Assembly: GCA_963796105.1 (NCBI GenBank)
Contig: CAWCKJ010000004.1
Location: 1,544,760 to 1,608,759 of the forward strand
Direction: 5' to 3'
DNA: 64,000 nucleotides
Origin: a candidate division FCPU426 bacterium
Lineage (GTDB): Bacteria > Oederibacteriota > Muellerivitia > Muellerivitales > Muellerivitaceae
In this document: piece after piece, positions 61,075 to 64,000 of the stretch
How the letters are laid out: each line of letters starts with the position of its first letter
Position numbering within the stretch: position 1 is the first letter of the stretch
Made by a program: the position numbers and the translations under genes
The notes under the pieces: model-generated
Database searches by the model: none
What the model was told of the DNA's origin: nothing
What the model saw: the letters and a program-made list of their open reading frames with translations, nothing else

Positions 61075-62718
61075 CCTGAATTTTGCACCGAGTTTACCGA
61101 TTCCGTGGCCAGATCGGCCTGAATCGGGACCCGACAGTGGCCATTTTCATCAGAAGTGAACTTATGTGCAAAGAATTTTTTGCACCAAGCCACTTCTAGG
61201 CCGCCCTGGGTCTTTCCAATCGTTTTCGATCAAGGTATTTGAGGAAACCCAATAGGCCCGCTGTCCTATCATCATGGATTGAATACCTCACCACATCCCG
61301 ATGGCCGTGATACTGGATTCGGGCGGCTACAAAGAGCATCTTCAAACGTGCGATCCGAAGGGTATGGTCCGGCATGGTGATCTGTTCCTTCTCCTGTGGC
61401 TTCTTTCCCGGTCGCTTTTCTTTTCCACAATGGCCCACCATTAGTTTCATCCACCTCCAGAGGTTGTAAGCCAGCATCACGATCTGGAAAAAAGCATGGT
61501 GGCTTTGGAAACTCTTAGAGGGAATTGCTAATAACCCCTCCCGTTGCGCCTCACCAATCAGGTTTTCCACATCCGCGCGCAGGTCGTATTCCTCAACCAC
61601 CCGATGGGGTGCTCCCAGACAGTTGGTCGCGAAGATTCGGTAGACATATCCTTCCATTTCAGGAAGGCTCAATTGTTTCTCCCGCGCTTTTTCATCCAGC
61701 GTCCTCATCGCCACAAACCGGACTGGTTGTTGCCAGCCTATGGGTTGATGGACACATTCGTTGTATTCGTGTTCTCCATGGCGGTACCAACCCTTTTTCG
61801 TGAAAGGCGGGTCATGCCGCTTGTTCCCGAAGATGAAAGAAAACCCTTCTTTTTCACAGGCTTTCACGCTTTCCCAGCCGATCATTTCACCGTCACCGCG
61901 CACCAGAATCGTCCGGACACAGGACGGCAAGAGTCGCCGGAATTGTCTAATTTGGCGGGCCACTTCCTCAGAACTAAGGGTGGTTCCGCGTCTTTGGGTT
62001 CCGCACAAATATTCCCGGGTTTCCTGGAGAAAACACAGAATGGGCCTCAGTCCCTTCTTGCCCCGGTGCTTGGGGTTGTATCCTTTTCGGCTTCCCTCGA
62101 TATTTCCGTAGACCGTTGCGGTGGTGGTATCGATGTTGATCTCCACCTTCTTGGGGGCATATTTCACCTGTCCCCAAACCTTGGCCCGTAACGCCCCACT
62201 CAGATTCAGCAACGATGCCGACTGCCCGATCCCCAGCGACCTCAGGTATCTCCAAAAAGTTGTCACTACCGGCAACAAGGGAACCCGCAGTAAACCGCAC
62301 AGCATGACCTCACCCCGCAGGTAGGCAAAATGGCCAAGTCTTTGGAACCCGATGAAAAGAAGCATTAGGATGCCGCTTACCATCCGGTAGTGGCCCAAAT
62401 TCGGAAGGCGTTTAGGTGCGGCATAGTGTTTTTTGAATTCCCGCTCAAAATCAAGAAGGTCGAACATCTTCGCCAATGCCAACAATCCGCCAAAAGCTGT
62501 TAGGCGGTCTTCGCAAATACCTACGGGAGTATTGGCCGTAATCTTGGGCGCGATTCTCCCGTTTCGATTGGCTTTTTTCTGGACTTGCGGGTTTGATTTC
62601 TGAGGCGTATCTTGACGTTTCACCATCTGGGGGACCCTCTTTTAGGATGAGTTGGCTTCGCAACCCTTATCCTATAATGGTTTCCTAGATGGTTTTTTTA
62701 TTAGGCGCAAAATTCAGG
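61075..62718 (-). mobile_element. IS1380-family element, complete (copy 2)
   Basis: IRs CCTGAATTTTGCACC / GGCGCAAAATTCAGG (14/15 match). TTATA duplicated at 61070-74 and 62719-23. Confidence 0.96.
61196..62626 (-). CDS. IS1380-family transposase
   Basis: LTAFGGL, IDTT, GYNP, VRGDGE, Y..R..VEN.I.E. Confidence 0.94.
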   Translation of the reverse strand: MVKRQDTPQKSNPQVQKKANRNGRIAPKITANTPVGICEDRLTAFGGLLALAKMFDLLDFEREFKKHYAAPKRLPNLGHYRMVSGILMLLFIGFQRLGHFAYLRGEVMLCGLLRVPLLPVVTTFWRYLRSLGIGQSASLLNLSGALRAKVWGQVKYAPKKVEINIDTTTATVYGNIEGSRKGYNPKHRGKKGLRPILCFLQETREYLCGTQRRGTTLSSEEVARQIRQFRRLLPSCVRTILVRGDGEMIGWESVKACEKEGFSFIFGNKRHDPPFTKKGWYRHGEHEYNECVHQPIGWQQPVRFVAMRTLDEKAREKQLSLPEMEGYVYRIFATNCLGAPHRVVEEYDLRADVENLIGEAQREGLLAIPSKSFQSHHAFFQIVMLAYNLWRWMKLMVGHCGKEKRPGKKPQEKEQITMPDHTLRIARLKMLFVAARIQYHGHRDVVRYSIHDDRTAGLLGFLKYLDRKRLERPRAA

Positions 62719-63050
62719 TTATAACTTGCCCAAGGCGCTGGAAGGCCGCGATTCCGGAAAAGCCCTTGTCCTGTTGGCCCACCAGCCACATGGATTCGAC
62801 AACGCCGCGAGCCTCGGGGTGGATCTCCAGCTTTCCGGCCACACCCATGGCGGTCAGGTTTACCCGTTCAATTACATCGTCAAATTATTCCAGCCTTATC
62901 TCGCGGGCCTTTATCAAAAAGGGAACTCCCATATCTACGTCAGCTGCGGGACCGGCTATTGGGGCCCGCCCATGCGTCTCGGGGTGCCGGCGGAAATTAC
63001 CGAGATCGAGTTGTGCCGGGGATAATGGCTGTTCATTACGGGAGACAATA

Positions 63051-63440
63051 TTGTCGAAAAAAAAGAAGAAGGCACATCACAAGATTTTAATCGGCTTAAA
63101 TGCCCTCCTGGTCCTCATAGGTCTCGCTTGTTATATCGCTCATTGGGTGGACGAAAAAAGCAAAACTCCCATCGCGGCACAAACGCTTGAAAACCCCGGA
63201 CAAATCAAGATGTTGTTCATCGGCTTCAGGATCAAAAATTCCAGGTGGCCGGCCAATCTAGTGGAACTGGAAAATTACCTGAATGAGGATAAACCGAAAG
63301 AAAATATCGACTTGTCGGCCTACCAAAACTTGACCTTCGGGGAAACGCCTGGGAAGAAGTTTAAAATCCATTACGACAGTTACAAAAAAGGGAATGTCAC
63401 GGGGGGGCCATACGACGCGGAACTCGCGTTAGGTTCCTAA
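63051..63440 (+). CDS. Hypothetical single-TM protein
   Basis: GGAG RBS, TTG start, basic N-terminus followed by a TM helix. Confidence 0.6.
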   Translation: MSKKKKKAHHKILIGLNALLVLIGLACYIAHWVDEKSKTPIAAQTLENPGQIKMLFIGFRIKNSRWPANLVELENYLNEDKPKENIDLSAYQNLTFGETPGKKFKIHYDSYKKGNVTGGPYDAELALGS

Positions 63441-63512
63441 TCTGACGATATCAATTTGCCAACGGGTGTGAAAGGGATAAACTATTAAAAGATTTTCTTT
63501 GGAGACAAGAAT

Positions 63513-64000
63513 ATGTTTCGATCCCTTTATTTAACGGGTTTTTCCCTGGTGATTCTTTCGGTATTTTTGTTTTTTCCCACGGCCTGCAGTAAAACCTACA
63601 GCGTCACCGCTCCTAAAAACAAAACCATCAATCCCGGCACCGGGCAGGTGACCACCCTGGCGGGATCCGGCACTGCGACCTACAGCGACGGCATTGGAAC
63701 CAGCGCGGCCTTCAGCTTTCCCACGGGAGTCGCGGTCGATCCTTCCGGGAATGTTTACGTCGCGGATTTGGGGAACAACCTGGTCCGGAAAATCACGGCG
63801 GACGGCATGGTGACGAAACTTGCCGGGACCCTGGTTCCGGGAGTGAATAACGGCCCCGGGAGCATCGCGTCCTTCTTTTTCCCCCAAGGCGTCGCGGCCG
63901 ACGCCTCGGGGAATGTCTATGTCGCGGACCAATACAACAACCTGATCCGGAAAATCAACCCAGGGGACGTGGTTTCAACCCTGGCTGGGATGGGCCTGCC
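63513..64000 (+). CDS. NHL-repeat lipoprotein (runs off window end)
   Basis: Signal ending PTAC, then PTGVAVDPSGNVYVADLGNNLVRKIT repeats. Confidence 0.88.
   Translation, partial: MFRSLYLTGFSLVILSVFLFFPTACSKTYSVTAPKNKTINPGTGQVTTLAGSGTATYSDGIGTSAAFSFPTGVAVDPSGNVYVADLGNNLVRKITADGMVTKLAGTLVPGVNNGPGSIASFFFPQGVAADASGNVYVADQYNNLIRKINPGDVVSTLAGMGL

Larger units (their letters stand above)
60210..63025 (+). pseudogene. YkuE-like membrane metallophosphoesterase interrupted by IS1380
   Basis: DLH, GD and GNHE before the IS; LAHQP and SGHTHGGQ after it. Confidence 0.93.

Overview
A 64 kb chromosomal segment from a diderm bacterium with GC-rich core genes. The lineage cannot be assigned from sequence alone. 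The housekeeping core (7-39 kb) holds a HAD phosphatase, argJ, thiL, tsaE-tsaB-rimI, a complete F1Fo atp operon, acpS, nnr, a glycosyltransferase/B12-radical-SAM cluster, parAB and polA. The left accessory region (1-6.9 kb) has an IS1380 end, an AAA-DUF4143 ATPase, 83-bp tandem repeats at the start of a lone type I hsdR, and an AT-rich four-gene block. That block looks like a divergent HicB/HicA pair followed by a Panacea (DUF4065) antitoxin and a PemK-like partner. The right part (39-64 kb) has MNT-HEPN, a metal uptake locus and a variable island (45-52.8 kb). The island contains HigA with a truncated toxin, an NHL pseudogene joined to an IS1595 remnant, a cluster of 19-bp palindromes, a 13-unit ~22-bp array, a GGAAC array with an IS21 inserted in it, and a second AAA-DUF4143 gene. 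After it come two paralogous outer-membrane proteins, an ExbB-ExbD-TonB-receptor operon, and a metallophosphoesterase split by a second, inverted IS1380 copy. Several families of small dispersed palindromic repeats occur, one apparently inserted in frame in hsdR. Frameshifts in atpA and atpG suggest homopolymer sequencing errors, so single-base indels here are unreliable. All calls come from reading motifs by eye; no searches were run.
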